Assembly (NCBI GenBank): GCA_040004115.1 | Contig: JBDUBO010000011.1 | Span: forward strand, 77 to 64,076 | DNA from: Gammaproteobacteria bacterium | GTDB lineage: Bacteria; Pseudomonadota; Gammaproteobacteria; Steroidobacterales; Steroidobacteraceae | Direction of reading: 5' to 3' | DNA length: 64,000 nucleotides | Shown here: one piece after another, positions 42,428 to 52,195 of the stretch | Position numbering within the stretch: position 1 is the stretch's first letter | Layout: every line of letters begins with the position of its first letter | The notes under the pieces: model-generated | The model's input: only the letters and a program-made list of their open reading frames with translations | Databases searched by the model: none | Told to the model about the DNA's origin: nothing | Made by a program: the position numbers and the translations under genes

Positions 42428-43894
42428 ATGAAAATCAAACTTCGCTACTTCGCTGCCTTAGTCACCGCGGCCATCGCGATGCCCGTGGTGGTCGGTGCTG
42501 CGGAGCCGTCGCCCGTCAATCCGGACCTCGTGCGCAAGCTGGAACAGCGCCTCGACGAGATGCAACTGCAATTGGGTGCGATGAAGGCGCAGATTCAGGA
42601 GTTGAAGTCGCAGAACCAGGCGTTGAAAACCGCCCAGCAGCAACTCGCCCTGTTGCCGCAAGCGGCGCTTGCCCAAGTGGCCTCGGCCCAATCGGCGCAG
42701 TCGAAGACAGCTGAGCCAACGGGCGGACAATGGGCGGCCAGCGAGAATCCGTGGCCCGCCGGCGGTGGAATATCCGAGAATATGAGCCTGTGGGGTTACG
42801 GCGAGATCTATTACACGCACCCGACGCATGAGGGACGGAACACGCAATTCGATTTGGCGCGCGCAGTTTTCGGCATCGGCTACCGGTTCGACGATCGAAC
42901 GATGTTCAACTCAGAATTCGAGGTAGAGCATGCGGTCTCGTCGGCGGACGACAAGGGCGAGTTCGAAGTCGAACAGTTCTTCGTCGAGCATCAGCTCGCA
43001 CCCTGGGCTTCGGTCAAAGGCGGCCTGTTTCTGATGCCGTTCGGCTTGTTGAACGAACATCACGAACCCACCAATTATTTTGGCGTGCAGCGCAACTTCG
43101 TCGAGACCCTGATCATCCCCAGTACCTGGCGTGAGGGTGGCGTGGGACTGCACGGAAACACCGAGATGGGCCTCGACTGGGACGTGGGCCTGACGACGGG
43201 CTTGAATTTGGCGGGATGGAACGTTAACCCGGAAGATCCTCTGTACCACACGGCGCTGGATCTCGAGAATTCCGGTGCGGCGCCGATGCAGGCCACCCAT
43301 CAGGAGCTGTCGCTTGCGAACGGACATCATCTATCGCAATACGTTTCGCTGAACTATAGCGGCGTGCCCGGACTATTGGCCGGTGCAGCCGTATTCACAG
43401 GCAATGTCACGGTGCCGTCGCTGCCGGTCAACCTGCCGAACGAACGCGCGACGCTCTGGGAGGGACATGCGCGTTGGACACCGGGCGCCGCCGAATTATC
43501 GGCGCTCTATGCGCGCGGCCGCTTCTCGAACACGTCGACCTTCAACGTCGTCAATGCCGGGGCGTCCAATCCTTTGCCGGCGGAATTTCTCGGCTACTAT
43601 CTGCAGGGCGCGTATACCGTGTGGCAGGATGGCGGAGCCCGTCTCGCGCCTTTCGCGCGCTGGGAGCACTACGACATGGGTTCATCCTACGAGGGCATTG
43701 CGCAGGGATTCACCATCGTACCCGCGGGACTTGCCGCCGACGGCAAACCCTGGCCGCAACCGCGCGATCGCGTTTGGACCTTCGGCGCAAATTACTACTT
43801 GACGCCGAAAGTGGTCTTCAAGGTTGATTACCAGACATTTGACGTCAACAAGGATTTGACGCGCTTCGATCTAGGATTGGGCGTGGCATTTTGA
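42428..43894 (+). CDS. outer-membrane porin-like beta-barrel with an N-terminal coiled coil
   Basis: Signal peptide, coiled-coil segment LEQRLDEMQLQLGAMKAQIQELKSQNQALK, alternating beta-strand pattern, and a terminal aromatic residue (...GLGVAF). Confidence 0.7.
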   Translation: MKIKLRYFAALVTAAIAMPVVVGAAEPSPVNPDLVRKLEQRLDEMQLQLGAMKAQIQELKSQNQALKTAQQQLALLPQAALAQVASAQSAQSKTAEPTGGQWAASENPWPAGGGISENMSLWGYGEIYYTHPTHEGRNTQFDLARAVFGIGYRFDDRTMFNSEFEVEHAVSSADDKGEFEVEQFFVEHQLAPWASVKGGLFLMPFGLLNEHHEPTNYFGVQRNFVETLIIPSTWREGGVGLHGNTEMGLDWDVGLTTGLNLAGWNVNPEDPLYHTALDLENSGAAPMQATHQELSLANGHHLSQYVSLNYSGVPGLLAGAAVFTGNVTVPSLPVNLPNERATLWEGHARWTPGAAELSALYARGRFSNTSTFNVVNAGASNPLPAEFLGYYLQGAYTVWQDGGARLAPFARWEHYDMGSSYEGIAQGFTIVPAGLAADGKPWPQPRDRVWTFGANYYLTPKVVFKVDYQTFDVNKDLTRFDLGLGVAF

Positions 43895-43901
43895 ACCAGC
43901 A

Positions 43902-44435
43902 ATGATGTACGGCGGCTCCCGCATTGTCATTCTGCCGATCGCGGTCGCGGCGATCTGCACACCCGCGCAAGCGCTCGTCTACATGAGTGTCGAGCAGGCG
44001 CAGCAGGTCATGTACCAAGGTCGCTCGCTGACGGCGCTGCCGCTGGCGCTGACCGCGGAGCAGATTATCGCCATTGAGCATGACTCGGGGGCGAAGGTTT
44101 ACGCGGGTTCGCTGCACGCGTGGCAGGCCGATGACGGCGGCTACTTTTTCGTCGACGCTGTCATCGGCAAACATGATCTCATCACCTACGCCGTTGCGTT
44201 GACGGCGGAAGGTAGGGTGCGTCAAATCGAAATCCTGGAATACCGCGAGGCCTACGGCGGCGAAATCCGCAACGCCCATTGGCGGGCGCAGTTCACCGGC
44301 CGTCAACACGGCGATCAGGTGCGCATTGGGCGCGACATCCAAAACATCAGCGGCGCCACACTGTCCTGCGAGCACGTCACAGACGGTATCCGCCGTCTGC
44401 TCGCGACCTATGCGATCGCTATCGCCGGCCGCTGA
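43902..44435 (+). CDS. secreted FMN-binding domain protein (ApbE substrate type)
   Basis: Signal peptide plus an FMN_bind domain with the flavinylation motif in DIQNISGATLSCEHV ([S/T]GA[S/T]). Confidence 0.75.
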   Translation: MMYGGSRIVILPIAVAAICTPAQALVYMSVEQAQQVMYQGRSLTALPLALTAEQIIAIEHDSGAKVYAGSLHAWQADDGGYFFVDAVIGKHDLITYAVALTAEGRVRQIEILEYREAYGGEIRNAHWRAQFTGRQHGDQVRIGRDIQNISGATLSCEHVTDGIRRLLATYAIAIAGR

Positions 44436-44487
44436 GCCGGGCGCCGGTGCGGCGCCTCGCGGGCGGCCGAACGAGCTGCAGCATTGG

Positions 44488-45312
44488 GTGCGGCGCGCGC
44501 GGCCGACGTTGGGCACAATCGTAGAAATCAGCGTCGGCGACCGACGCCGAGAGCCGCAACTACACGTAGCCATCGATGCCGCATTTGCCAGCATCGAGCG
44601 CGTGCATGATCTTATGAGCTATCAGGCGCCGGACAGCGAACTGTCGCGTCTCAATCGGGAAGCCGTCCGAGGAGCCCAACAAGTCCACCCGGATACTTAT
44701 GCAGTATTCGAAGCCGCGCTGCGTGCGGCGACATCGAGCGCAGGGGCATTCGATCCTTGCATCGCGCCCCTGCTCGAGGAATGGGGGCTGCTTCCGCGTA
44801 TACAGTCGACGGTTAACCCTGTGGGCGATTGGCGCGACATCGAACTCCTGTCCGGGCGGCGAATTCGCTACGCGAGACCGGTGCGCGCTGATCTTGGGGG
44901 CATCGCAAAGGGCTACGCGGTCGACTCGGCGGTGCGAAGTCTGCAGCAATATGGCATCGAGGACATCGTCGTGAACGCCGGCGGCGATCTGCGGGTCGCG
45001 GGACCGCATTGCCACAGCGTGCAGTTGCGCCACCCGCTCGCGCCCCGGCATTCGGCTCACTCCGTTGCCATATGCAACACCGCGCTTGCAACATCGGCGA
45101 TATATTTTTCGCGCCGCAAGGGCTCCACCGACGAGGTCTCGGCGCTGGTAGATCCACGCGATGGCACGCCCTATCTCGGCGGGCGCAGCGTCAGTGTGCG
45201 TGCAGATGATTGCATGACCGCCGACGCGCTGACCAAAGTGGTTATGTTCGCGCCGACCGCCCTCGCGGAGTATGTGCTTGCATATTACCAAGCCGAGGCC
45301 TACGTGATCTGA
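44488..45312 (+). CDS. apbE: FAD:protein FMN transferase (ApbE family)
   Basis: Motifs TLGTIVEI, DLGGIAKGYAVD, VNAGGD and TADALTKV. Start tentatively GTG 44488; the supplied ORF from 44326 overlaps the previous gene. Confidence 0.8.
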   Translation: MRRARPTLGTIVEISVGDRRREPQLHVAIDAAFASIERVHDLMSYQAPDSELSRLNREAVRGAQQVHPDTYAVFEAALRAATSSAGAFDPCIAPLLEEWGLLPRIQSTVNPVGDWRDIELLSGRRIRYARPVRADLGGIAKGYAVDSAVRSLQQYGIEDIVVNAGGDLRVAGPHCHSVQLRHPLAPRHSAHSVAICNTALATSAIYFSRRKGSTDEVSALVDPRDGTPYLGGRSVSVRADDCMTADALTKVVMFAPTALAEYVLAYYQAEAYVI

Positions 45313-45393
45313 CCTTGGGCCTGCGGGGACGTGCCAAGCCCCAGCATTCGTGTATAACCGATTGCCGCCACGGTCATTAAGAGCGCCAAGATA

Positions 45394-46758
45394 ATGCGTA
45401 CAGAGCCCGAGCGTTGGTCCTCGAGATTGGGCTTCTATCTGGCTGCTCCCGGCGCGGCCGTCGGTCTCGGCAGCATATGGAGATTCCCCTATTTGACCGG
45501 TACGAATGGCGGGAGCGCTTTCGTGTTCGTTTTCATATTGGCCTGCCTGGGTATAGCGACTCCGCTGCTGGTTGCTGAATTCATGATAGGCCGACGGTCG
45601 CGGCGTAATCCCGCCGAAGCTGCAGGGGAAGTCGCGGCGAGCCTCGGTCGATCGCGGGGATGGAACGCCATAGGCATCCTCGGCACCGTTGCGGCATTTG
45701 TCGTCATGTCGTACTACACGGTTATCGCCGGCTGGGTTTTAGCCTATGCCTGGAAGTGCGTTTCTGGGGAACTCAACGCGTTACCGCGCCGCGCCGTCGA
45801 AGTCCAGTTTCATGAGTTTCTGTCCAATCCGTGGCGAGTCGGCGCTTGGCATGTTGCATTCGTCATTTTACTGGGCGGTATTTCCGCGCGAGGCGTTAAT
45901 CGCGGCATCGAAGTGGCGAATAAAATTCGCGCGCCCACCCTGTTGATACTGCTTCTCATTCTGGTTGCATATGCACTGGCCACGGGAGATGTAAGCCGCG
46001 GCCTGGCCTTCGCATTCGCTCCGGACTTCAGCCGGTTGTCAGCCAACGTGGTGCTTGCGGCCATCGGCCAAGCCTTCTTTGCAACCGGCGTTGGCATGGG
46101 AATGATGCTGGCTTACGGCGCGTACGTACCGCGCGGCGCTTCTCTTGTCAGAGCAGCGTTAATTATCAGCGGCTCGATTGTGCTGGTGTCTTTGCTCGCG
46201 ACCCTGATGATCTTCCCGCTGGTGTTTAGATACGGATTGAATCCTGCACAGGGAGCGGAGCTCGTCTTTAATGTGCTGCCGGTGGCGTTCTGGGAGATGC
46301 CCGGCGGCCGGATCGTGGGCAGCCTGTTCTTTATTTTTCTCATACTGGCAGCGTTGACGCCGAGTCTTGCCGGACTGGAACCCATGGTTGCGTGGCTGGC
46401 GCAGCGCCAAGGAATGTCGCGCCGCAGGGCGGCCTTCGCCGCGTCAGCCTGCGTGTGGCTGGTGGGCATCGGCAGCGTGTTGTCCTTCAACGCGTGGGCC
46501 TCTTGGCATCCGTTCGCTTTTATTGCACGGTTGCGGAGCATGACGATCTTCGATGTGCTTGACTTCGTTTCCTCAAACCTGATGCTGCCAATCGGCGCCC
46601 TCCTTACCTGCGCGCTCATCGGCTGGCGGCTGCCCCCGAGTTTGGTCGAAACAGAATTGACTGAGGAGCGGGCAGGTGTGCGTCGATGGGTGCTCTTCCT
46701 GCTGCGCTATGTATGCCCTCTGGGGATAGTCGCGGTGCTGGTGACGGCGCTCGCCTGA
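45394..46758 (+). CDS. sodium-dependent transporter, neurotransmitter:sodium symporter (SNF/NSS) family
   Basis: NSS signature GLGSIWRFPYLTGTNGG and about 11-12 TM segments. Confidence 0.9.
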   Translation: MRTEPERWSSRLGFYLAAPGAAVGLGSIWRFPYLTGTNGGSAFVFVFILACLGIATPLLVAEFMIGRRSRRNPAEAAGEVAASLGRSRGWNAIGILGTVAAFVVMSYYTVIAGWVLAYAWKCVSGELNALPRRAVEVQFHEFLSNPWRVGAWHVAFVILLGGISARGVNRGIEVANKIRAPTLLILLLILVAYALATGDVSRGLAFAFAPDFSRLSANVVLAAIGQAFFATGVGMGMMLAYGAYVPRGASLVRAALIISGSIVLVSLLATLMIFPLVFRYGLNPAQGAELVFNVLPVAFWEMPGGRIVGSLFFIFLILAALTPSLAGLEPMVAWLAQRQGMSRRRAAFAASACVWLVGIGSVLSFNAWASWHPFAFIARLRSMTIFDVLDFVSSNLMLPIGALLTCALIGWRLPPSLVETELTEERAGVRRWVLFLLRYVCPLGIVAVLVTALA

Positions 46759-46796
46759 CCGGTGCGGGGCGCGGCCTCGCGCTTTCGGACCGGTCC

Positions 46797-47702
46797 TTAA
46801 GAGGTGGTGGCTTGGGATTTGCGTGACAGCCGCAGGCCTTCGCCGGCATAGATCAGCAACGCCGTCCAGATGACCGTGAATCCTATGGCGCGCGTGCGCG
46901 CGAACGGCTCATGCAGCACGAACACGCCGCAGGCGAATTGCATCGTCGGTGCAATGAATTGCAGCAGTCCCACGGTCGAGTAAGGAAGCAGACGGGTTCC
47001 ATAGGCATATAGGAACAGGGTGATGGCCGTGATGGGCCCTGTTCCAATCAACAGGGCGTCAATACCGGTCCCCGTGTGGCCTAGCGCCCCGGTGCCCATG
47101 GATTCGCACCACAACAGATACAACCCTGAAATGGGGCCGAGCATCAGCGTTTCAGCCGCGAGCCCGGGCAGCGACTCGACATTCACGAGCTTGCGAATGA
47201 GCCCGTAGGTCGCAAACGAGAACGCGAGCGTCAGCGCGATCCAAGGCAGACGGCCTGCCATGATTGTAAGATAAGCGACGCCGGCCGCCGCCAGAGCGAC
47301 CGCGGTCCACTGAGCCGGGGTGAGCCTCTCGGACAGAAAGACCACGCCCAACAACACATTAACCAGCGGACCGATGAAGTAGCCGAGGCTGGTCTCGACG
47401 ACGTGACCGTGTACGACGCCCCAGACGTAGACCAGCCAGTTGACGGAGATCAATGTCGCGCTGAGGGCCAGCCGCCATACGACGCTGCGATCGGCCAGGG
47501 TCGCACGCAGCGTCGACAGCTCGCCACGCATGCCGATCCACGCGAGTACGAACACACACGACCAGACCAGGCGGTGTGCGATGATCTGAACGGCGGGTAC
47601 CTGGCGCAGCGGGTAGAAATAAAGCGGAAACAAACCCCAGATCGCGAAGGCTGCCGCCGCCGGAACCAACCCCTTGCTCGCCGGCTGCGGCGTCGAAGAC
47701 AT
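46797..47702 (-). CDS. rarD: EamA-family transporter RarD
   Basis: AAAAFAIWGLFPLYFYPLRQVPAVQIIAHRLVWS is the typical RarD N-terminus; 10 TM segments. Confidence 0.8.
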   Translation of the reverse strand: MSSTPQPASKGLVPAAAAFAIWGLFPLYFYPLRQVPAVQIIAHRLVWSCVFVLAWIGMRGELSTLRATLADRSVVWRLALSATLISVNWLVYVWGVVHGHVVETSLGYFIGPLVNVLLGVVFLSERLTPAQWTAVALAAAGVAYLTIMAGRLPWIALTLAFSFATYGLIRKLVNVESLPGLAAETLMLGPISGLYLLWCESMGTGALGHTGTGIDALLIGTGPITAITLFLYAYGTRLLPYSTVGLLQFIAPTMQFACGVFVLHEPFARTRAIGFTVIWTALLIYAGEGLRLSRKSQATTS

Positions 47703-47737
47703 CAGAACTCCCTAAAATCTCGGTGAAATCGCCAAGG

Positions 47738-49474
47738 CTACGGTTGCCGAACATTGCCGGCAGCCATTTCCGATTCCATCAATGATATCGGGATCATGCC
47801 CTCATGATTGAAGCGATCGAGAAAATCGCGCAGTACGAACGGCTTGCCGATCAAGTCTCCCTGATGTGCGTATTCGGCGATCAGCCGGTCCAGCAGTATC
47901 TTTCCGATGATGTAGCTGGTGCCGTAGCCCGGCTGGCGCAGATAGAGAAGTTGCTCGAAGCCGGTAAGCTGATCCTTAGGGTTGGCCCAGCCGCGCGGTG
48001 TCCATTCCGCGTGAAATTTGCCGGCCTGCTCCAGCGACATTTCGTTCGCTTGGACATGCAGCGATGCCAAGCCCCGGGCGGCGCGATTGGCCAGCATGAT
48101 CCACACCAATTCTTTGGCGCGCGGATTGTCGTCATACAGACCCGCGTGCATCACCAGCTCTTCAAAGGCCGTTGCAAAGCCCTCGGCACGATTGTCCCAG
48201 ATGTTCGACAGCGATGGCCTGCTGCGGATCGGACTGGCATTGGGCTCATCCCTCATGCGCGCCAGATCCAGCCAGTGATAATCATGCGATAGCAGCAGCA
48301 TGGGCTCGCGATGCGTTACGCGCGTAAAGAAGACCTGCTGTTCTTGCGGTACGAAGTGGCCGAGCTGCGGTTCCAAGGCCGCCTTGATGTACGGCTTGTC
48401 GGGAATGATCTCCCGCCGGACAAGGAACTCGACGAACTTGTCCAAGCGGGCGTGCGCAAGGCGGTCGAATGCCGCGGCGTCGGCGACCGGCTCGAGCGGC
48501 GGCAGGTGGATGTTGTTGTGCTCTTCCAGGCGCAGTGACGCCTGCGCGCGATCCAGCTCGCGGCCGAGCAGCACGACTTCCTCGTCCCAATCGAGGGGCA
48601 CGAAGTGCACATTTTTTTGGCACCAGGTGTAGTTATCCTTGCCGACGCCCGACGGGCCGGACTTGCCGGGAGCTAGGCGCTCCAGCCACGCAACAAATTC
48701 CTCGGTTGCCTTGCGGGCATTGGCGACCGCCTTTCGCAGCTCCGGGGCCGCACCCTTGAGATCGGCATGCTGACTTCCCTCCAATGTGCTCACCGTCAGC
48801 GTACCGGCCTCGAGTGATGCGAGCGCGCCCGCTTGATTGCGCAGCTCCTGTTCGCCGTAGACCCATAGGTCGTGCGCGTTACTGTCTTTCAAGTTCTCCC
48901 TCGCCTGGGCAAGCAGCGAGGGAATCGCTCCGATCTTTGCACTCAGGTCGTGCTGCGCCGGTGCAGCAAGCGGAAAGCGATAGTCATAGAGCTCAATTTC
49001 AGGATATGTGACCGGTCCTTCGCGCGCAGGCACGTCGGTTCGCGTGGGCCACACGCTGACGTAGAAAGCCGGATCGCGCGCCCAGGGGCGCAGCACCCTC
49101 AAGTCAAAATCAAGTCCGTTCATTTCCGCGGCGACCAGCTTGTAATCGTTGAGCTGCGGGGTGGCCCAGCCCTTGGTGTCGATGGCATCCAGCCGCTCGC
49201 GCCATTTCTTCAGAGCGACTGCTTTTGCAACCATGGCACCGGGGCTGTAATCGGGCACATTGCCCTTCATGACGGGCCGCTCGAACTCCCGCCATTGCTC
49301 GAACAGCGTCACGAGAACGGCATAGCCGGGCGCCGGTGCTGCGGCCGACGCTGGGGAACGTGCCACGGCGGCCAAAGGGGCCGGCGCGGCGGCTTGCTCG
49401 GCCGGGGCGCTGGTGATCCCGGCAAGGATCAGAGATCCGACGGCAATCAGCCGCCGCAATTCTGGGCTAGTCAT
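47738..49474 (-). CDS. secreted DUF885-like protein (divergent paralog)
   Basis: Signal peptide. The C-terminal half is collinear with the DUF885 protein at 52196-53950 (AEGFATAFEELVM.., RAARGLASLHVQ..). The HESAPGH motif is replaced by SHDYHW. Confidence 0.6.
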   Translation of the reverse strand: MTSPELRRLIAVGSLILAGITSAPAEQAAAPAPLAAVARSPASAAAPAPGYAVLVTLFEQWREFERPVMKGNVPDYSPGAMVAKAVALKKWRERLDAIDTKGWATPQLNDYKLVAAEMNGLDFDLRVLRPWARDPAFYVSVWPTRTDVPAREGPVTYPEIELYDYRFPLAAPAQHDLSAKIGAIPSLLAQARENLKDSNAHDLWVYGEQELRNQAGALASLEAGTLTVSTLEGSQHADLKGAAPELRKAVANARKATEEFVAWLERLAPGKSGPSGVGKDNYTWCQKNVHFVPLDWDEEVVLLGRELDRAQASLRLEEHNNIHLPPLEPVADAAAFDRLAHARLDKFVEFLVRREIIPDKPYIKAALEPQLGHFVPQEQQVFFTRVTHREPMLLLSHDYHWLDLARMRDEPNASPIRSRPSLSNIWDNRAEGFATAFEELVMHAGLYDDNPRAKELVWIMLANRAARGLASLHVQANEMSLEQAGKFHAEWTPRGWANPKDQLTGFEQLLYLRQPGYGTSYIIGKILLDRLIAEYAHQGDLIGKPFVLRDFLDRFNHEGMIPISLMESEMAAGNVRQP

Positions 49475-49498
49475 CGCTTGTCTCCGTTGAGCGCGAAT

Positions 49499-51241
49499 TC
49501 ACGCGCGATAAATGGGATAGCAGTTCAGCTGCTCATCCCACGAAGCATGATGTCGGCAAAAAAATTCCAGTCGCGCAGCCGGATCGGCACGAAACGCTGC
49601 ATCATCCCTAAGCTTGTGTTCGAATGCCTGCCGCAAAGTCGGGTTGTCGACCGACATTTCGCGCGCAATTTGCTCCGCCACGTATGGCTCCAACTGTTCT
49701 TTCTGCTCGAAGCAGGCATTGAAGAACCCCCAGGCGGCCAAGGAATCGGGCGCCTGCGGTTCGAGCAATGCGACGATCAGCCGCGACAGGGCCTGCGCCA
49801 TGGGCACGAACAGCGCAGGCTCAGCGATCTCGCGATCCAGCGCCTGCCACTCGCCCGCGACTTCCGCGCGCATGCGCCCCTCGAAGGGCTGTTTCGAGAA
49901 GGACACGTGGGTTGCGCGGAATTGCTCGAGCCCCGAGCGCCGCAGATTGGCTGGACTCGGCACCAGGATGATTCCATGGTACTTAAGACACGGCTCTATT
50001 TTCCGTGCGTAGGCTCGTGGAATGAAATAGCCCTGGCTCGGCGCCCGAATCACCAGCGTGGGTTCGATGCGATTGCGATATCGCACGCGCCATATTTGCG
50101 GCGTCGTGGGATCGTAAACGGTGGCTTGGCCGCCTGAGATATCGGAGCGTTCGCGGGTGTACGCGTAGCCGCGAAAGTCGATGTATTCCGCGTCGGCGGA
50201 GCCCTCGGCGTCGGTTGTCTTGCCCGCGGCGGCCGGCTCTCTCCAGCCCGACTTATAATCCAGCGTCAGTTCGGATGCACCGAGCGCACACGCCGATACA
50301 TCTGCAGCGCGGGTCTGGGAAAGCCAATCGACTCCATGCTCCGCCGCAAGTTCGGCAAGTCCGACCACCGTATTGCGCATCGCCTGCACGCGCCTGGCGT
50401 AGGGCTTCCAAGAATGCGTTTCCACCAGCACTGTGAAGCGATTGCGCTGCGGAAAGTAGCCGGTTGAAAAACGCGGCGAATAAACTGTCAGCAAGAATCC
50501 CGATTCGGGGTTGTCGGTCTCATACAGGTCAGGATAAAATGGCAGCGGCACAGAGCCCTGTTGCGCAAGCTTGTCGATCAATGCATCACGAAGCTGCACG
50601 CCGCTGTGCCGCAGTTGTGGGTCGCCTTGATTGATGGGTTCTACCTGGATTGATATGTCCGGCTCGAAATCCGCGCCGTCGGTGACGTGCAGATCCGCGC
50701 AGATCAAGGGGTCCCACGTTGCAATGAGCCCGAGCATGGCCTGCATTTCCGGCGTATCCGCTTTCATGTAGTCACGATTGAGATTGATGTTCTCCGCCGT
50801 GGTGCGCCAACCTGTGACCTCCGGGCCTTTCTGATTCGGCCGATTCCAGCGGCCGACGCGCTCGTGCCCGTCGGTATTGAACGCAGGAACGAATAGCAGG
50901 GCAATGCGCTCGAGCGCACCCGGGGCCGCGGTCCCGGACAGTAATTCACGCAAGGCGATGAAGCCCGCATCCTTGCCGTCGCTTTCGCCGGGATGAATTC
51001 CCGCTTGAATCATCAGAACGGGAATGCGCCGCGAGCGCAGCTCCTGCGCCGAGAGCGCACCGCTGCGGGACACGATCAGCGCCCGCAGCGGGCGGCCTTC
51101 GGCGGACTGTCCGTAATCGAAGTCTCTCACGGCATCGGGCCACGCACTTGCAATGCAGGCACAAAGGCGCTCGACCTCGTCGATGCGTCCGGTCTGCGTG
51201 AAGCCGGATTGTTCCGCCAGAGTCAGAAGTGCCGCGTTCAT
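49499..51241 (-). CDS. M14-family zinc carboxypeptidase-like protein
   Basis: Zn motif in MIQAGIHPGESDGKDAG (HxxE). Start at Met 51241, which overlaps the stop of the upstream TauE gene (ATGA). The longer supplied ORF runs antisense-like through that gene. Confidence 0.75.
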   Translation of the reverse strand: MNAALLTLAEQSGFTQTGRIDEVERLCACIASAWPDAVRDFDYGQSAEGRPLRALIVSRSGALSAQELRSRRIPVLMIQAGIHPGESDGKDAGFIALRELLSGTAAPGALERIALLFVPAFNTDGHERVGRWNRPNQKGPEVTGWRTTAENINLNRDYMKADTPEMQAMLGLIATWDPLICADLHVTDGADFEPDISIQVEPINQGDPQLRHSGVQLRDALIDKLAQQGSVPLPFYPDLYETDNPESGFLLTVYSPRFSTGYFPQRNRFTVLVETHSWKPYARRVQAMRNTVVGLAELAAEHGVDWLSQTRAADVSACALGASELTLDYKSGWREPAAAGKTTDAEGSADAEYIDFRGYAYTRERSDISGGQATVYDPTTPQIWRVRYRNRIEPTLVIRAPSQGYFIPRAYARKIEPCLKYHGIILVPSPANLRRSGLEQFRATHVSFSKQPFEGRMRAEVAGEWQALDREIAEPALFVPMAQALSRLIVALLEPQAPDSLAAWGFFNACFEQKEQLEPYVAEQIAREMSVDNPTLRQAFEHKLRDDAAFRADPAARLEFFCRHHASWDEQLNCYPIYRA

Positions 51242-52164
51242 GGCGTTGGGGCCGGAGTGGATTGACGTGGTCGTCGTGCCGACCTCAGCATTTGGATCGC
51301 AGCGTAGAGCACCACCACCAGTACCAGCCAGCGCAGCCAGGCGATCGGCAGCGATTTCACGATGTAAGCGGCCACCAGCACCCCGGGTATTCCACCAAGC
51401 GCGAGTCCCAACGCGGCGCCGAGATTGTAGCGCCCGCTGCGGACGAACCGGGCGCCGCCGATCGGCATCAGCAGCCCGCACGATCCCATCATGATGGGGA
51501 AAGCCGCCAGGGGGCTCATGCCGAGCAAACTCACCAAAATCAGGCAGGGTGCATACAGTCCAACGCCGAGCATCATGAGCGCGCCCAGAAAAGCGTTGAT
51601 GAGTACCGCAATGATCAATCGGGGGCCGAGCAATCCCAACGCATCGCCTCCCCCCGGCATCCAGTGCAGATTGCTGGCCAGGAATAGCATTGCCGCACAC
51701 AGCAGGGCCCCACCCATTCCCAGTTGAATGGCGCGCCGTGACAGGCGGGCCACAAATCCGACGCCGAGCCATGCCCCCAGAACGGCCGCAGCCACCATGG
51801 TGTAGAGCGTTATCAAATCGACTCTCACGATGGAGATGAAGATTAACGCCTGCGACATCGAGGGCAGGGCCTGGCCGACGTTGAGAGTGCCCGGAATCTG
51901 CTCATCCGGCATGCGCGCTCGAAGTTTGAAATAGGCCGTCGTAGGGGCAAAAGATCCGATGCCCAGGGTGTCGAAAAAATTGGTGACGAAGCCGACCAGC
52001 GGATCGGCCCAGCGTATCCTTCGTTCTTCCGTCCAAGCAGCCGGTCTCTCCGGCGGAATGCATTCCTTGCGGCTGCGGGCGCGCTCCAGCGCCCACCAGC
52101 AAATGACGTAGGCAACGCCAACTGCCGCGATGGTCGATACCAGGACGATGCTGCCGGCGTTCAA
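51238..52164 (-). CDS. TauE/SafE (TSUP) family anion exporter
   Basis: 308 aa, multi-TM, with two internal repeats; FFDTLGIGSFAPTTA and GGIPGVLVAAYIV are typical of this family. Confidence 0.7.
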   Translation of the reverse strand: MNAGSIVLVSTIAAVGVAYVICWWALERARSRKECIPPERPAAWTEERRIRWADPLVGFVTNFFDTLGIGSFAPTTAYFKLRARMPDEQIPGTLNVGQALPSMSQALIFISIVRVDLITLYTMVAAAVLGAWLGVGFVARLSRRAIQLGMGGALLCAAMLFLASNLHWMPGGGDALGLLGPRLIIAVLINAFLGALMMLGVGLYAPCLILVSLLGMSPLAAFPIMMGSCGLLMPIGGARFVRSGRYNLGAALGLALGGIPGVLVAAYIVKSLPIAWLRWLVLVVVLYAAIQMLRSARRPRQSTPAPTP

Positions 52165-52195
52165 GATGTCGAGTCCTTGTGCCGCACGGCCCCGC

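Noticed and set aside
44326-44487. Longer ApbE start overlapping the FMN_bind gene by 110 nt
   Set aside because: The extension is Ser/Pro/Ala-rich, with neither a signal peptide nor ApbE similarity. It is kept only as an alternative because the shorter form also lacks an obvious signal peptide.
51242-51772. 177-codon N-terminal extension of the M14 peptidase ORF
   Set aside because: It overlaps the TauE/SafE gene in another frame. Peptidase similarity starts at Met 51241, which forms an ATGA junction with the TauE stop.
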